Shown here: one piece after another, positions 36,086-45,202 of the stretch
Numbering within the stretch: the stretch's first letter is position 1
How the letters are laid out: the number at the start of each line of letters is the position of its first letter
From: a bacterium
Lineage (GTDB): Bacteria > Verrucomicrobiota > Verrucomicrobiia > Limisphaerales > J093
DNA: 64,000 nt
Reading direction: 5' to 3'
NCBI GenBank assembly: GCA_021823625.1
Contig: JAKANS010000007.1
Location: 1,321-65,320 of the forward strand
Position numbers and translations under genes: made by a program
The notes under the pieces: generated by a model
What the model was told of the DNA's origin: nothing
The model's input: only the letters and a program-made list of their open reading frames with translations
The model's database searches: none

Positions 36086-36850
36086 CTACGAGTTCCGCCT
36101 GGCCACGACAAAGGCATTGAACATCGCGTAGCGGGTGGGCGTGAGGTTTAGCACGAAATCCACCAGTGGGTTCACGTACCGGTCGGTGCATTCGACTCGT
36201 TCCACCGTGCAGCCGGCGCGCTGCAGGAAGAACGCGATTTCCAGCCCGTTGGTCTTCACGATCGCGTCGTCGTCCGGCTGGAACGGTTCGCGGGCGATGG
36301 GTTCCATGCGGTCGAAGCGCACCGCGTCCGGCGCGGCCCGCATCTGCCGGCGCTTGGCCAGGACGCGGCGGAGGTTTCGCCATTTGTTGGCGAAGCCGCG
36401 CATCGTGGGATGGTAATCGCGCCAGCCCAGCGCGCGAAAAAAGTTTGGGCTCGAAATCAGCACCCGCCCGCCCGGCTCCGTCACGCGCACCAACTCAACG
36501 ACGAACGCCTCCGGCGCTTCGACGTGTTCGAGTACGTTGAGTGCGCCCACACTCGCGAAATGCCGGTCCGGAAACGGCAACTTCCGGCCGTCGTACAACT
36601 CACAGTTCAAGCCGAACTGCCGCGCCTTGGCGACGTTCGGCTCGGACACCTCGACGCCGTGCGCGGCGAAGCCGGCGTCCTGCAGGCGTTTCACCACCTG
36701 GCCGACGCCGCAGCCCACGTCCAAGACACGTGCGCCGGGGCGCTCCGGCTTGAGCGTGTCGGCGTACTTGGCGTAAAAGCCTTCGTCCCAGTTGGCGAGG
36801 AACTCGGCATACGCCTCGTTGTGACGATAATAAGATTCCTGGTGACCCAT
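36086..36850 (-). CDS. Class I SAM-dependent methyltransferase
   Basis: 'VLDVGCGVG', 'LPFPD..F', 'VLEHV', 'RVTEPGG'. Confidence 0.9.
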   Translation of the reverse strand: MGHQESYYRHNEAYAEFLANWDEGFYAKYADTLKPERPGARVLDVGCGVGQVVKRLQDAGFAAHGVEVSEPNVAKARQFGLNCELYDGRKLPFPDRHFASVGALNVLEHVEAPEAFVVELVRVTEPGGRVLISSPNFFRALGWRDYHPTMRGFANKWRNLRRVLAKRRQMRAAPDAVRFDRMEPIAREPFQPDDDAIVKTNGLEIAFFLQRAGCTVERVECTDRYVNPLVDFVLNLTPTRYAMFNAFVVARRNS

Positions 36851-36986
36851 GCGCTTCGGCTCGGGAGCCTAGCAGCCCGCCTTTGGAAACGCCACCCGGC
36901 ATACCTTGCCCCGCCAGAACGCCAAAGAAGCCGTTGACAGGGCGTCCGCTTTGGTTACCGTTCCCGGCTCTTAGCGAGATCAAGTT

Positions 36987-37250
36987 ATGCCGAACACCGC
37001 ATCAGCCGAGCGACGCACGCGCAGCAGCGCCCGCCGGGCCGAACGCAACCAGAGCGCCAAGTCCCGCATCAAAACGCTCGAACGGAATTACCTTCAAGCC
37101 GTGACGGCGAAGGACAAGAGCACCGCGTCGGTGGCCTTGCGCGCCGTTTCTTCCGCTTTGGACAAGGCGGCCAAGACGCGCATCGTCCACCGCGCCACGG
37201 CCAACCGGAAGAAATCCCGGCTGGCGGTCAAGCTGGCGGCATTGGCGTAG
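36987..37250 (+). CDS. rpsT: 30S ribosomal protein S20
   Basis: MPNTASAERR...RNQSAKSRIKT...LDKAAK..IVH.ATANRKKSRL; TTGACA upstream at 36934. Confidence 0.96.
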   Translation: MPNTASAERRTRSSARRAERNQSAKSRIKTLERNYLQAVTAKDKSTASVALRAVSSALDKAAKTRIVHRATANRKKSRLAVKLAALA

Positions 37251-37269
37251 TTTCCTCCCGTTTTTTCTG

Positions 37270-37301
37270 AAGGGCGTCCCCATCGGACGCCTTTTTCTTT
37301 T
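37270..37301 (+). terminator. Intrinsic terminator after rpsT
   Basis: AAGGGCGTCC-CCATC-GGACGCCTTT followed by TTCTTTT. Confidence 0.8.
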
Positions 37302-37364
37302 CCGGCGCGAAGCAGCCCCGCGGATCGTCACCAGGCGAATTCCCCGACACTTGGCGGCGCAACT

Positions 37365-39197
37365 TCACCGGCCTGCCCGCAGGCGCGCCACAGCGCGTTT
37401 GACCCCCCAACCGCTGCGCTCCAACGCGGCGGTGGCCAGGTTCGCGTCAGCCCCCGTCAGCGTCCGAACGATGCGGACCGCGCGGTCGCGCAACTTGGCG
37501 TTGGACGGCCGCACCTCCACCATCAGGTTCTCGACCACCTTGCCCAACCGCACCATCGCGAGCGTGGTCAGGAGGTTGAGCAGCAGTTTCGTGGCGGTGC
37601 CGGCCTTCAACCGCGTCGAGCCGGTCAGCACTTCAGGGCCGATCCGCGGGGCGAGCACAACGGCCGGCCGGGTGCCGCGCGGGAATCTCAAATTCGGGTT
37701 GAAGCAAAGCAAAACGGTCTTCGCGCCCACGTTTCGGGCCGCCTGGAACGCGCCCCAAACGAACGGGGTGCGACCGCTGGCCGCGATCCCGACGACGACG
37801 TCCCGTCGTGTGATGCCGCGAAATTCGAGGGCCTGCCGGCCCGCCTCGCCATCATCCTCGGCGCCTTCGAGCGAAGACCACAAAGCCGGGTGGCCGCCGG
37901 CGACGATCCCTTGCACCATCTCGGGCGGCACGCTGAACGTCGGCGGGCATTCGCTCGCATCCAAAACCCCGAGCCGGCCGCTCGTGCCGGCACCGACATA
38001 GAACAGCCGCCCGCCACGGCGGAACGCGGCAACCACCAACCGGACCGCGCGTTCGATGTGGACCTGCTCGCGCCGCAAAGCGCGCGGCAGTCTGGCGTCT
38101 TCGCTCAACATGAGCCGGATCGCCTCGCCGAGCGGCATTCGGTCCAGGTGAGTGGAGCGCGGGTTGCGTTCCTCGGTTGGCGAAGGTGCGGTGGCGGCGG
38201 GGATGAGAATGTCCGCCGGTGGCGACGGCCCAACGACGCGGCGCGCCGGCTCCAACTTCCTGGCTAACGCGACCGCGCCCCAGACTCCGTCGCGCGGCAA
38301 AATCCGGAAAACCGCCTGCGGCCAGCGTGCCTGTAGCCGACGCTTCACCGCCGCCGCGAACCTTGGCTGGTGGCGAAACGTGCCGCCGGTGCCGAAAAAC
38401 TCCACGCGAACGCCAATTTTGACCAGGCGCCCGGCGCAGGCCGCAGCGTGGGTAGCCAACGTGTCCGCCGCGTGCGCGATGATCGTGGTGGCGAGCCGGT
38501 CGCCGGTCTGCGCCGCGGCGAAGACTTCAACCGCCAACGCCGCAATCTCGGCCTTGCTCGCGGCGTGTAGCCAGGTGACCAGGTCGTTCGGTTCGTTGAG
38601 TTGCAGTGCGCGCAGGCAGCGTTGTCCGAGCCGCGGCCACGCGCCGTTGCGATCGTACTCGCCGACCACCGTCCGCAACGCGCCAAGCGCAATGTCGTAC
38701 CCGCTGCCCTGGTCGCCAAGCAAATGGCCCCAGCCCCCGACCTTCGCGGTCAGTCCGGCGGCGTTGCGACCGTAACAGCACGAGCCGGTGCCGCTGATGA
38801 CGATCACGCGGGCAGCAGGCGCGGGCGAAGCCGAGTCTTCCGCGGCGGCCAGGGCGGTTTCCAAGTCGTTGCCAACCCAGCAGGGCACGTCCGGCCAGGC
38901 AAGCGCAGCGGCGGCGCGGATGCGTTTTCGGTCGCTGGCTTCGCGGGCGCCGGCCAGGCCGACGCCGACGGCGCCGGGGTGCGGAAAGCGTTGCGCAATC
39001 TGCCGCAAGACCGCGCGCAGTTGGGCATCGGTGAGGAGCCGCAGGTTCGCCGGGCCGGTTTCGAAGCGATCGAGCGCGCGGTCGGTGGCATCGGCCAGCA
39101 GGGCCACGGTGCGGGTGCCGCCCGCCTCGATGCCGAGGACGGTTCGGGTCAAACTGGGGGCGGAAGCGGGCTTCCGGACGCGGATGGAGCCAACCAT
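37365..39197 (-). CDS. murQ: BadF-type N-acetylhexosamine kinase fused to N-acetylmuramic acid 6-phosphate etherase
   Basis: N-half 'GIEAGGTRT', 'ISGTGS', 'GGWGHLLGDQGSG'; C-half 'TEERNP', 'GAGTSGRLGVLDASECPPTF', 'GPEVLTGSTRLKAGTATK'. Confidence 0.92.
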   Translation of the reverse strand: MVGSIRVRKPASAPSLTRTVLGIEAGGTRTVALLADATDRALDRFETGPANLRLLTDAQLRAVLRQIAQRFPHPGAVGVGLAGAREASDRKRIRAAAALAWPDVPCWVGNDLETALAAAEDSASPAPAARVIVISGTGSCCYGRNAAGLTAKVGGWGHLLGDQGSGYDIALGALRTVVGEYDRNGAWPRLGQRCLRALQLNEPNDLVTWLHAASKAEIAALAVEVFAAAQTGDRLATTIIAHAADTLATHAAACAGRLVKIGVRVEFFGTGGTFRHQPRFAAAVKRRLQARWPQAVFRILPRDGVWGAVALARKLEPARRVVGPSPPADILIPAATAPSPTEERNPRSTHLDRMPLGEAIRLMLSEDARLPRALRREQVHIERAVRLVVAAFRRGGRLFYVGAGTSGRLGVLDASECPPTFSVPPEMVQGIVAGGHPALWSSLEGAEDDGEAGRQALEFRGITRRDVVVGIAASGRTPFVWGAFQAARNVGAKTVLLCFNPNLRFPRGTRPAVVLAPRIGPEVLTGSTRLKAGTATKLLLNLLTTLAMVRLGKVVENLMVEVRPSNAKLRDRAVRIVRTLTGADANLATAALERSGWGVKRAVARLRAGR

Positions 39198-39264
39198 CGC
39201 GGCTGAAATTGAGCCGTGACGGCACGCGCGTCAACGGCGCCGTCCGCGGCGATCGGGGTTGCGT

Positions 39265-39293
39265 TTGACACACATCCGGGTGCTTTGCAGACT
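39265..39293 (+). promoter_or_regulatory. Putative sigma-70 promoter of the polysaccharide operon
   Basis: TTGACA-N17-CAGACT, 29 nt before ATG 39322. Confidence 0.5.
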
Positions 39294-39321
39294 CCGCAGC
39301 GGCTCGCCCGCGAGCCGTCTT

Positions 39322-40095
39322 ATGCAAGTTGTCATTCTCTGTGGCGGTCAGGGAACCCGCCTCCGCGAGGAAACCGAGTTCCGCCCCAAGCCGATGGTTC
39401 CGGTGGGGGGGCGTCCGATTTTGTGGCACATCATGAAGTTCTACGCCACGCACGGGCACAAGGATTTCATCCTGTGTCTTGGCTACAAGGGCGAGATGAT
39501 CAAGGACTATTTCCGCAACTACCAGTGGAACACCAGCGATGTCACGCTGCGGTTGGGGCGCCAACCCAAAACGACTTACCATACCAGCCATGACGAGGAG
39601 GATTGGACGGTAACCTTGCTGGACACCGGTCAGACCACGCAAACCGGCGGGCGGCTCAAACGGGCGCTGCCGTACGTCCGCGAGAACACCTTCCTCCTCA
39701 CGTACGGCGACGGCCTCACCGACAGCAACGTCAACGACTCCGTCGCGTTTCACCAGCGGCACGGCAAGATCGTCACCTTGACGGCCGTTCGCCCGCCGGG
39801 TCGCTTCGGCGAACTGGCCCTGAAGGGTACGGCGGTCGTCGGCTTCCAGGAAAAACCGAGGCACCAATTCAGCTACATCAACGGCGGGTTCTTCGTCCTG
39901 AACAAACAGGTGGGGGACTACATCGCCGGCGACGACATGCCCTTCGAGTTGGATCCACTGGTCCGGCTGGCGGCGGAAGGCCAGGTGGAAGCCTTCCAGC
40001 ACGACCGGTTCTGGCAGTGCATGGACACGTACCGCGAAACGCAGCTCCTGAACGAACTCTGGACCTCCGGCCGCGCGCCGTGGAAGATTTGGTAA
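39322..40095 (+). CDS. rfbF: Glucose-1-phosphate cytidylyltransferase
   Basis: ILCGGQGTRLREETEFRPKPMV, TGGRLKR, TYGDG, FWQCMDT. Confidence 0.95.
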   Translation: MQVVILCGGQGTRLREETEFRPKPMVPVGGRPILWHIMKFYATHGHKDFILCLGYKGEMIKDYFRNYQWNTSDVTLRLGRQPKTTYHTSHDEEDWTVTLLDTGQTTQTGGRLKRALPYVRENTFLLTYGDGLTDSNVNDSVAFHQRHGKIVTLTAVRPPGRFGELALKGTAVVGFQEKPRHQFSYINGGFFVLNKQVGDYIAGDDMPFELDPLVRLAAEGQVEAFQHDRFWQCMDTYRETQLLNELWTSGRAPWKIW

Positions 40096-40170
40096 GAGAC
40101 AGACCGGTGGGAGCGGTGGCGACGCGGCTTTGAACTTGTCGCCTGTGCGCCCGTCCGCCATTTTTCGCGT

Positions 40171-41346
40171 GTGTCCTTGGAAAACGCCAGGCTGGCTGTT
40201 GACACCGAACCGTTTGCCGCGAGCTATCGCGGCCGGCGGGTCTTGGTGACCGGCCATACCGGCTTCAAAGGCGCCTGGCTCGCCGAATGGTTGCTCGCGC
40301 TCGGCGCGGAGGTGACCGGTCTCAGCCTCGATCCGACGACGAAACCGGCACTGTTCGACCAGCTCGGACTGGCCGGGCGATTGCACGACCGGCGGGCTGA
40401 TTTACGGGATGCCGGGGCGGTCCGCGAAGTGATCGCGCGGGCGCAACCGGACTACATTTTCCACCTGGCTGCCCAAGCCATCGTGCGCGAATCCTACGAG
40501 CGGCCGGAAGACACCTTTGCCGTCAACGTCCAAGGCACCGCGAACCTGCTGGGAGCGTTGCGTGGTTGCGCGCGGCCGTGCGCCGTGGTGTGCGTCACCA
40601 GCGACAAGTGCTACGAGAACCGGGGCTGGGTCTTCGGCTACCGCGAGGAAGATCCGCTGGGCGGCCACGATCCGTACAGCGCCAGCAAGGGCGCAGCGGA
40701 AATCGTGATCGCCTCGATGCGCCGCTCGTTCTTCGCCGAAGGCCCCGTGCGGGTGGCAAGCGCGCGCGCGGGCAACGTGATCGGCGGGGGCGATTGGGCC
40801 AAGGACCGCATCGTGCCCGACAGCGTGCGCGCCCTGGCTCGCGGCGAACCCATCCCGGTTCGCAACCCGCGGTCCACGCGACCCTGGCAGCACGTCCTCG
40901 AGCCGTTGTCCGGGTACCTCTGGCTGGGCGCGTTGCTGCGACGACCCGAGCTCCGGTCGTTGAAGCCGGAAGCAATCGCCAGCGCGTTCAATTTCGGGCC
41001 CGACGCGGATGCGAACCGCACCGTGGGCGAGGTGGTGGGCGAGATTCTCCGACATTGGCCGGGACGCTGGGAGGACCGAAGCGATCCCCAAGCGCCGTAC
41101 GAAGCCAGCTTGTTGCAGCTCGCCACCGACAAGGCCCGCGCCGTCCTGGGCTGGTCGCCGGTCTGGGGGTTCCGCGAAGCCGTGGCCGCCACCGTGAGTT
41201 GGTATCGCCGGGCCGAAACCAACCCCGCCGAGACGAACCTCCAAGATTTGACCGCCGGACAAATCGCGGCTTACACCGCCCAGGCCCGCACGCTCGGCTT
41301 GCCTTGGGCGCTCCCCGCGCGGGACACCGCCACCAAAACCCCATGA
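40171..41346 (+). CDS. rfbG: CDP-glucose 4,6-dehydratase
   Basis: TGHTGFKGAWL, TSDKCY, DPYSASK, RAGNVIGGGDW, RPWQHVLEPL. Confidence 0.96.
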   Translation: MSLENARLAVDTEPFAASYRGRRVLVTGHTGFKGAWLAEWLLALGAEVTGLSLDPTTKPALFDQLGLAGRLHDRRADLRDAGAVREVIARAQPDYIFHLAAQAIVRESYERPEDTFAVNVQGTANLLGALRGCARPCAVVCVTSDKCYENRGWVFGYREEDPLGGHDPYSASKGAAEIVIASMRRSFFAEGPVRVASARAGNVIGGGDWAKDRIVPDSVRALARGEPIPVRNPRSTRPWQHVLEPLSGYLWLGALLRRPELRSLKPEAIASAFNFGPDADANRTVGEVVGEILRHWPGRWEDRSDPQAPYEASLLQLATDKARAVLGWSPVWGFREAVAATVSWYRRAETNPAETNLQDLTAGQIAAYTAQARTLGLPWALPARDTATKTP

Positions 41347-42662
41347 GCGACCGACGCACTTTACGCCGCCAGATTCTCGATCTCGTTCGCGAATACCACG
41401 CCGCCGAACCGCGCCGGCCATTCCGCCCCGGCGAGGACGCCGTGCGCTATGCCGGGCGGTACTTCGACGCGAGCGAACTGGTTTCGCTGGTGGATTCCTC
41501 GCTGGATTTCTGGCTGACGGCCGGACGTTATGCCGAGGAATTCGAGGCCGGTTTGGCCGCTTACCTCGGCGTCGAGAACGCGATCCTGGTCAACTCCGGT
41601 TCGTCCGCGAACCTGGTCGCCTTTTCCACGCTGACCTCGCCGCGGCTGAAGGAACGGCAGGTCAAACCCGGCGACGAAGTCATCACCGTCGCGGCCGGTT
41701 TTCCCACCACGGTCAACCCCATCATCCAAAACCGCGCCGTGCCGGTGTTCGTGGACGTCGAACTCGGAACGTACGTGCCGGCGCTGGAAAAGATCGAGGC
41801 GGCTCGCGGTCCGAAGACGAAGGCGGTCATGATCGCGCACACGATGGGCGTGCCGTACGCGGTGCGGGAACTGCGCGCGTGGTGCGACCGGCACGGTTTG
41901 TGGCTCATCGAGGATAATTGCGATGCGCTGGGCAGCCGCTACAGCGGCCAGCTCACCGCCACGTTCGGCGACCTTGCCACGTTCAGTTTCTATCCTGCGC
42001 ACCACATCACGATGGGCGAAGGCGGAGCCGTCGTGGCCGCCAACGACGACCTGGCCCGGATCGCGCGCAGTTTCCGCGACTGGGGTCGCGACTGCTACTG
42101 CGCCGGCGGCGAGAACAACACGTGCGGAAAGCGGTTTGGCCAGCAATTCGGCACCCTGCCCTTCGGCTACGACCACAAGTACGTCTATTCGCACATCGGC
42201 TACAACCTGAAGGTCACGGACATGCAGGCGGCCATCGGCGTCGCCCAACTGGCCAAGGTGGAGGAGTTCGTCGCGGCGCGGAAACGCAATCACGCCGCCC
42301 TGGCCGCGGGGCTGAAGCAGCACGAGCCGCACCTGATCCTCCACACGGCGTCGGCGAAGGCCGATCCGTCGTGGTTCGGCTTCGTCATCACCGTGCGGCC
42401 GGAAGCGCCGTTCACCCGCGCCGACCTGGTCAACGCCTTGGAGACCGCGCGCATCGAGACGCGGAATCTGTTTTGCGGCAACCTGCTCCGACACCCCGCC
42501 TACGCGGGGATCGAGCATCGCGTGGCTGGCCTGCTGACCAACAGCGACGTCATCACGACCAACACCTTCTTCATCGGCGTTTATCCGGGACTCACGGAGG
42601 AAATGATCCGGCACGTGCTGGGAACGGTCGATGGATTCATCGCCAGCAAGACTGCCCGATGA
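41343..42662 (+). CDS. rfbH: CDP-4-keto-6-deoxyglucose 3-dehydrase (E1)
   Basis: NSGSSANL, SFYPAHHITMGEGG (His in place of the PLP Lys), DWGRDCYC...NTCGKRF iron-sulfur motif, YDHKY. Confidence 0.95.
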   Translation: MSDRRTLRRQILDLVREYHAAEPRRPFRPGEDAVRYAGRYFDASELVSLVDSSLDFWLTAGRYAEEFEAGLAAYLGVENAILVNSGSSANLVAFSTLTSPRLKERQVKPGDEVITVAAGFPTTVNPIIQNRAVPVFVDVELGTYVPALEKIEAARGPKTKAVMIAHTMGVPYAVRELRAWCDRHGLWLIEDNCDALGSRYSGQLTATFGDLATFSFYPAHHITMGEGGAVVAANDDLARIARSFRDWGRDCYCAGGENNTCGKRFGQQFGTLPFGYDHKYVYSHIGYNLKVTDMQAAIGVAQLAKVEEFVAARKRNHAALAAGLKQHEPHLILHTASAKADPSWFGFVITVRPEAPFTRADLVNALETARIETRNLFCGNLLRHPAYAGIEHRVAGLLTNSDVITTNTFFIGVYPGLTEEMIRHVLGTVDGFIASKTAR

Positions 42663-43411
42663 GCATGCCGCGCAAGATCCGGTGCACGGTGGCCGCCATC
42701 GCAGACCACGGCGGGCGCGTGTACACGGTCGATCTCACGCCCACCAGTGCTGTGCCGGCGTTTCGCCCGGGCCAATTTCTGCACCTCACGGTGGACGAGT
42801 ACGACCCGAGCGGTTTTTGGCCCGAGTCGCGGGTTTTTTCGATCGCCAGCTCGCCGCGCGAACGGAACCGGCTGCGCATCTGCTACGCGGTCAAAGGGCG
42901 TTACACCACCCGCATGGAGCAGACGCTCAAGGTGGGGAGCGAAGTCTGGGTGAAGTTGCCCTACGGCGACTTCGTGATCGACGGCGCGGGCGACGCGGTG
43001 CTGATCGCGGGCGGCACGGGCATCAGCGCGTTCACCGCGTTCCTCGAGGCCCTGTCGCCAGAAACAACCAGCAAGGTCACGCTGGTCTATGGCGCGCGGA
43101 CGCCGGCATTGCTTTTGTTTCAGGAAATGATCCTGGACCGGCTCGCGCGCGTGCCAGCCTTCGATCTGGTCTTGTTCACGGAGGTGGCGGCTGCGGGTTT
43201 CTCGCAACGGATGGCCGGCTTGCCCCGCGTCCCGCATTGCCTGGCTGGCCGCATTGCATTGGAGCCGCTCTGGCCCCCCGCTTCCGACTTCTGCACTCCG
43301 AACTCCGTTTTCCACCTCTCCGGCCCGCCGGTTATGTTGAAATCTCTAACGACCGACCTGCTGGCGCGAGGGATTGAGCCGGGGCGTGTTCGGACGGATG
43401 CGTGGGAATGA
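42659..43411 (+). CDS. FNR-family FAD/NAD(P)-binding oxidoreductase (probable E3 partner)
   Basis: 'FRPGQF', 'RVFSIAS', 'PYGDF', 'IAGGTGI', 'SGPPVM'; no N-terminal 2Fe-2S domain. Confidence 0.82.
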   Translation: MSMPRKIRCTVAAIADHGGRVYTVDLTPTSAVPAFRPGQFLHLTVDEYDPSGFWPESRVFSIASSPRERNRLRICYAVKGRYTTRMEQTLKVGSEVWVKLPYGDFVIDGAGDAVLIAGGTGISAFTAFLEALSPETTSKVTLVYGARTPALLLFQEMILDRLARVPAFDLVLFTEVAAAGFSQRMAGLPRVPHCLAGRIALEPLWPPASDFCTPNSVFHLSGPPVMLKSLTTDLLARGIEPGRVRTDAWE

Positions 43412-43424
43412 ATCTCTCCCGGAC

Positions 43425-44096
43425 ATGAAAACCACGGAGAACCGAATCTTCATCGTGGGAGCCTCGGGGCACGGCTCGGTGGCCGCTGATGCCGCCCGGC
43501 ACGCGGGGCGGGAAGTGGTTGGCTTCCTGGACTCCTTCAAACCAACCGGTCAGGTCGTGCGCGGGATTCCAATCCTTGGCCACCCAGACAACCTGGCTGA
43601 CCTGCTGAAACGCCATGACGTCCGCCGCCTCTTTCTCGGCATCAGCGACAACTGGACCCGACAGCAGGTGGCGGCGAAACTACGGGCGGCCGTTCCGGAC
43701 TTCGAACTCACGAGCATCCTTCATCCGCAGAGTGTCGTCGCCACGGATGTCGTTCTTGGCCCGGGTACGCTTGTCTTGGCGGGGGCGATCATCAATACTG
43801 GCTGTTTGATCGCCGAGAACTGCATCGTCAATACCAAGGCTTCGCTGGACCACGACGGCGAAATGCGGTCCTGCGCCAGCCTGCTGCCCGGCGTCACCAC
43901 TGGTGGCAACTGCGTTATCGGCGAATGTGCCTGCGTGTGCGTTGGCGCGATCCTCTCGCACAAAGTTTCGATTGGCGATCACGCGGTGGTGGGCGCCGGC
44001 GCGGTGGTGCTCCACGATGTGCCGCCTTGCTCCCTCGCCTATGGTGTGCCGGCCCGGGTCGTTCGCAGCCGGCAGCCGGGAGAGCGTCACTTTTGA
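43425..44096 (+). CDS. NeuD/PglD-family sugar acetyltransferase
   Basis: 'IVGASGHG', hexapeptide repeats, 'NTKASLDHD', 'GVPARVV'. Confidence 0.9.
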   Translation: MKTTENRIFIVGASGHGSVAADAARHAGREVVGFLDSFKPTGQVVRGIPILGHPDNLADLLKRHDVRRLFLGISDNWTRQQVAAKLRAAVPDFELTSILHPQSVVATDVVLGPGTLVLAGAIINTGCLIAENCIVNTKASLDHDGEMRSCASLLPGVTTGGNCVIGECACVCVGAILSHKVSIGDHAVVGAGAVVLHDVPPCSLAYGVPARVVRSRQPGERHF

Positions 44097-44098
44097 AT

Positions 44099-45202
44099 AT
44101 GCGCCCGAAAATCAACTACGCCGGTCCGTGGATCACCGCCCACGAAGTGGAGGCAGTGAAGGAGGCCGTGCAAAACGGCTTCTACCAAAACTACCGGGTT
44201 CATGCCAAACAACTGGAAGAGCGCCTGTGCCAGTTCCTCGGAGTGAAACATGCCCTCGCCACGAACTCGGGAACCGCCGCCATTCACCTGGCCGTCGCCG
44301 CCGCCGGCATCAAACCGCGGGATGAAGTCATCACGACCGACAGCAGTTGTGTCGCCTCCGCCATCCCCATCGTTTACGTCGGCGCCACCGCGGTCTGTGT
44401 GGACGTGGATCCGGACACGTGGTGCCTCTCACCGGAAGCCGTGCGCAAAGCCATCACCCCGCGAACCAAGGCGATCCTCGTCGTGCATTGGAACGGTCAC
44501 CCGGCCGCGATGGACGAACTCATGGTCATTGCCCGCGAACACGACCTGAAGGTCATCGAGGACGCCGCCCCGGCGCTGGGCGCGGAATACAAGGGACGGA
44601 AGGTCGGGACGATCGGCGCGGCGGGCTGCTTCAGCTTTCAGGGGGCGAAGGTGGCCATCGGCGGCCAGGGCGGCGCGCTGGTGACCGACGATCCCAAGCT
44701 GTTCGAAATGGCGGGCATTCTCGCGAGTTACGGCCGCACCGATTCGGCGAGGCAGTATTGGTCCGACTACGTGGGGTTCAATTACACGATGCCCAACCTG
44801 CCGGCGGCCCTGGCCCATGCCCAGCTTGGCCGCATTGATGAACTGGTGGCGAAAAAGCGGGAAATCTGGCGGTGGTATTGCGCGGGGCTGGCGGACTTTG
44901 ACCGCGTCAAGTTGATTCACGAGGCGCCCGGCACACAGAGCACCTATTGCTACCCGCCGATGCTGATTGGCGACTCGGTCCAGCGCACCCGCGAGGAAAT
45001 TCTGGCCGAGTTGCGCAAGGACAACATTGACGCCCGCCCTGCGCAGCCGCGGGTCAGCCTTATGCCAATGTTCCAAAACCGTTTCCCCAACCCGGAAAGC
45101 GCGAAAGTGGAGGCTCGAGGCGTTCTCCTGCCCGGCGCGTTCAACGTCACGCGTGAAGATATCGCCTTCGTCTGCCAGCGTCTCCGGGAGGCCGTAAAGT
45201 GA
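44099..45202 (+). CDS. DegT/DnrJ/EryC1/StrS sugar aminotransferase
   Basis: NSGTAAIHLA, IEDAAP, FSFQGAK, GGALVT. Confidence 0.92.
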   Translation: MRPKINYAGPWITAHEVEAVKEAVQNGFYQNYRVHAKQLEERLCQFLGVKHALATNSGTAAIHLAVAAAGIKPRDEVITTDSSCVASAIPIVYVGATAVCVDVDPDTWCLSPEAVRKAITPRTKAILVVHWNGHPAAMDELMVIAREHDLKVIEDAAPALGAEYKGRKVGTIGAAGCFSFQGAKVAIGGQGGALVTDDPKLFEMAGILASYGRTDSARQYWSDYVGFNYTMPNLPAALAHAQLGRIDELVAKKREIWRWYCAGLADFDRVKLIHEAPGTQSTYCYPPMLIGDSVQRTREEILAELRKDNIDARPAQPRVSLMPMFQNRFPNPESAKVEARGVLLPGAFNVTREDIAFVCQRLREAVK

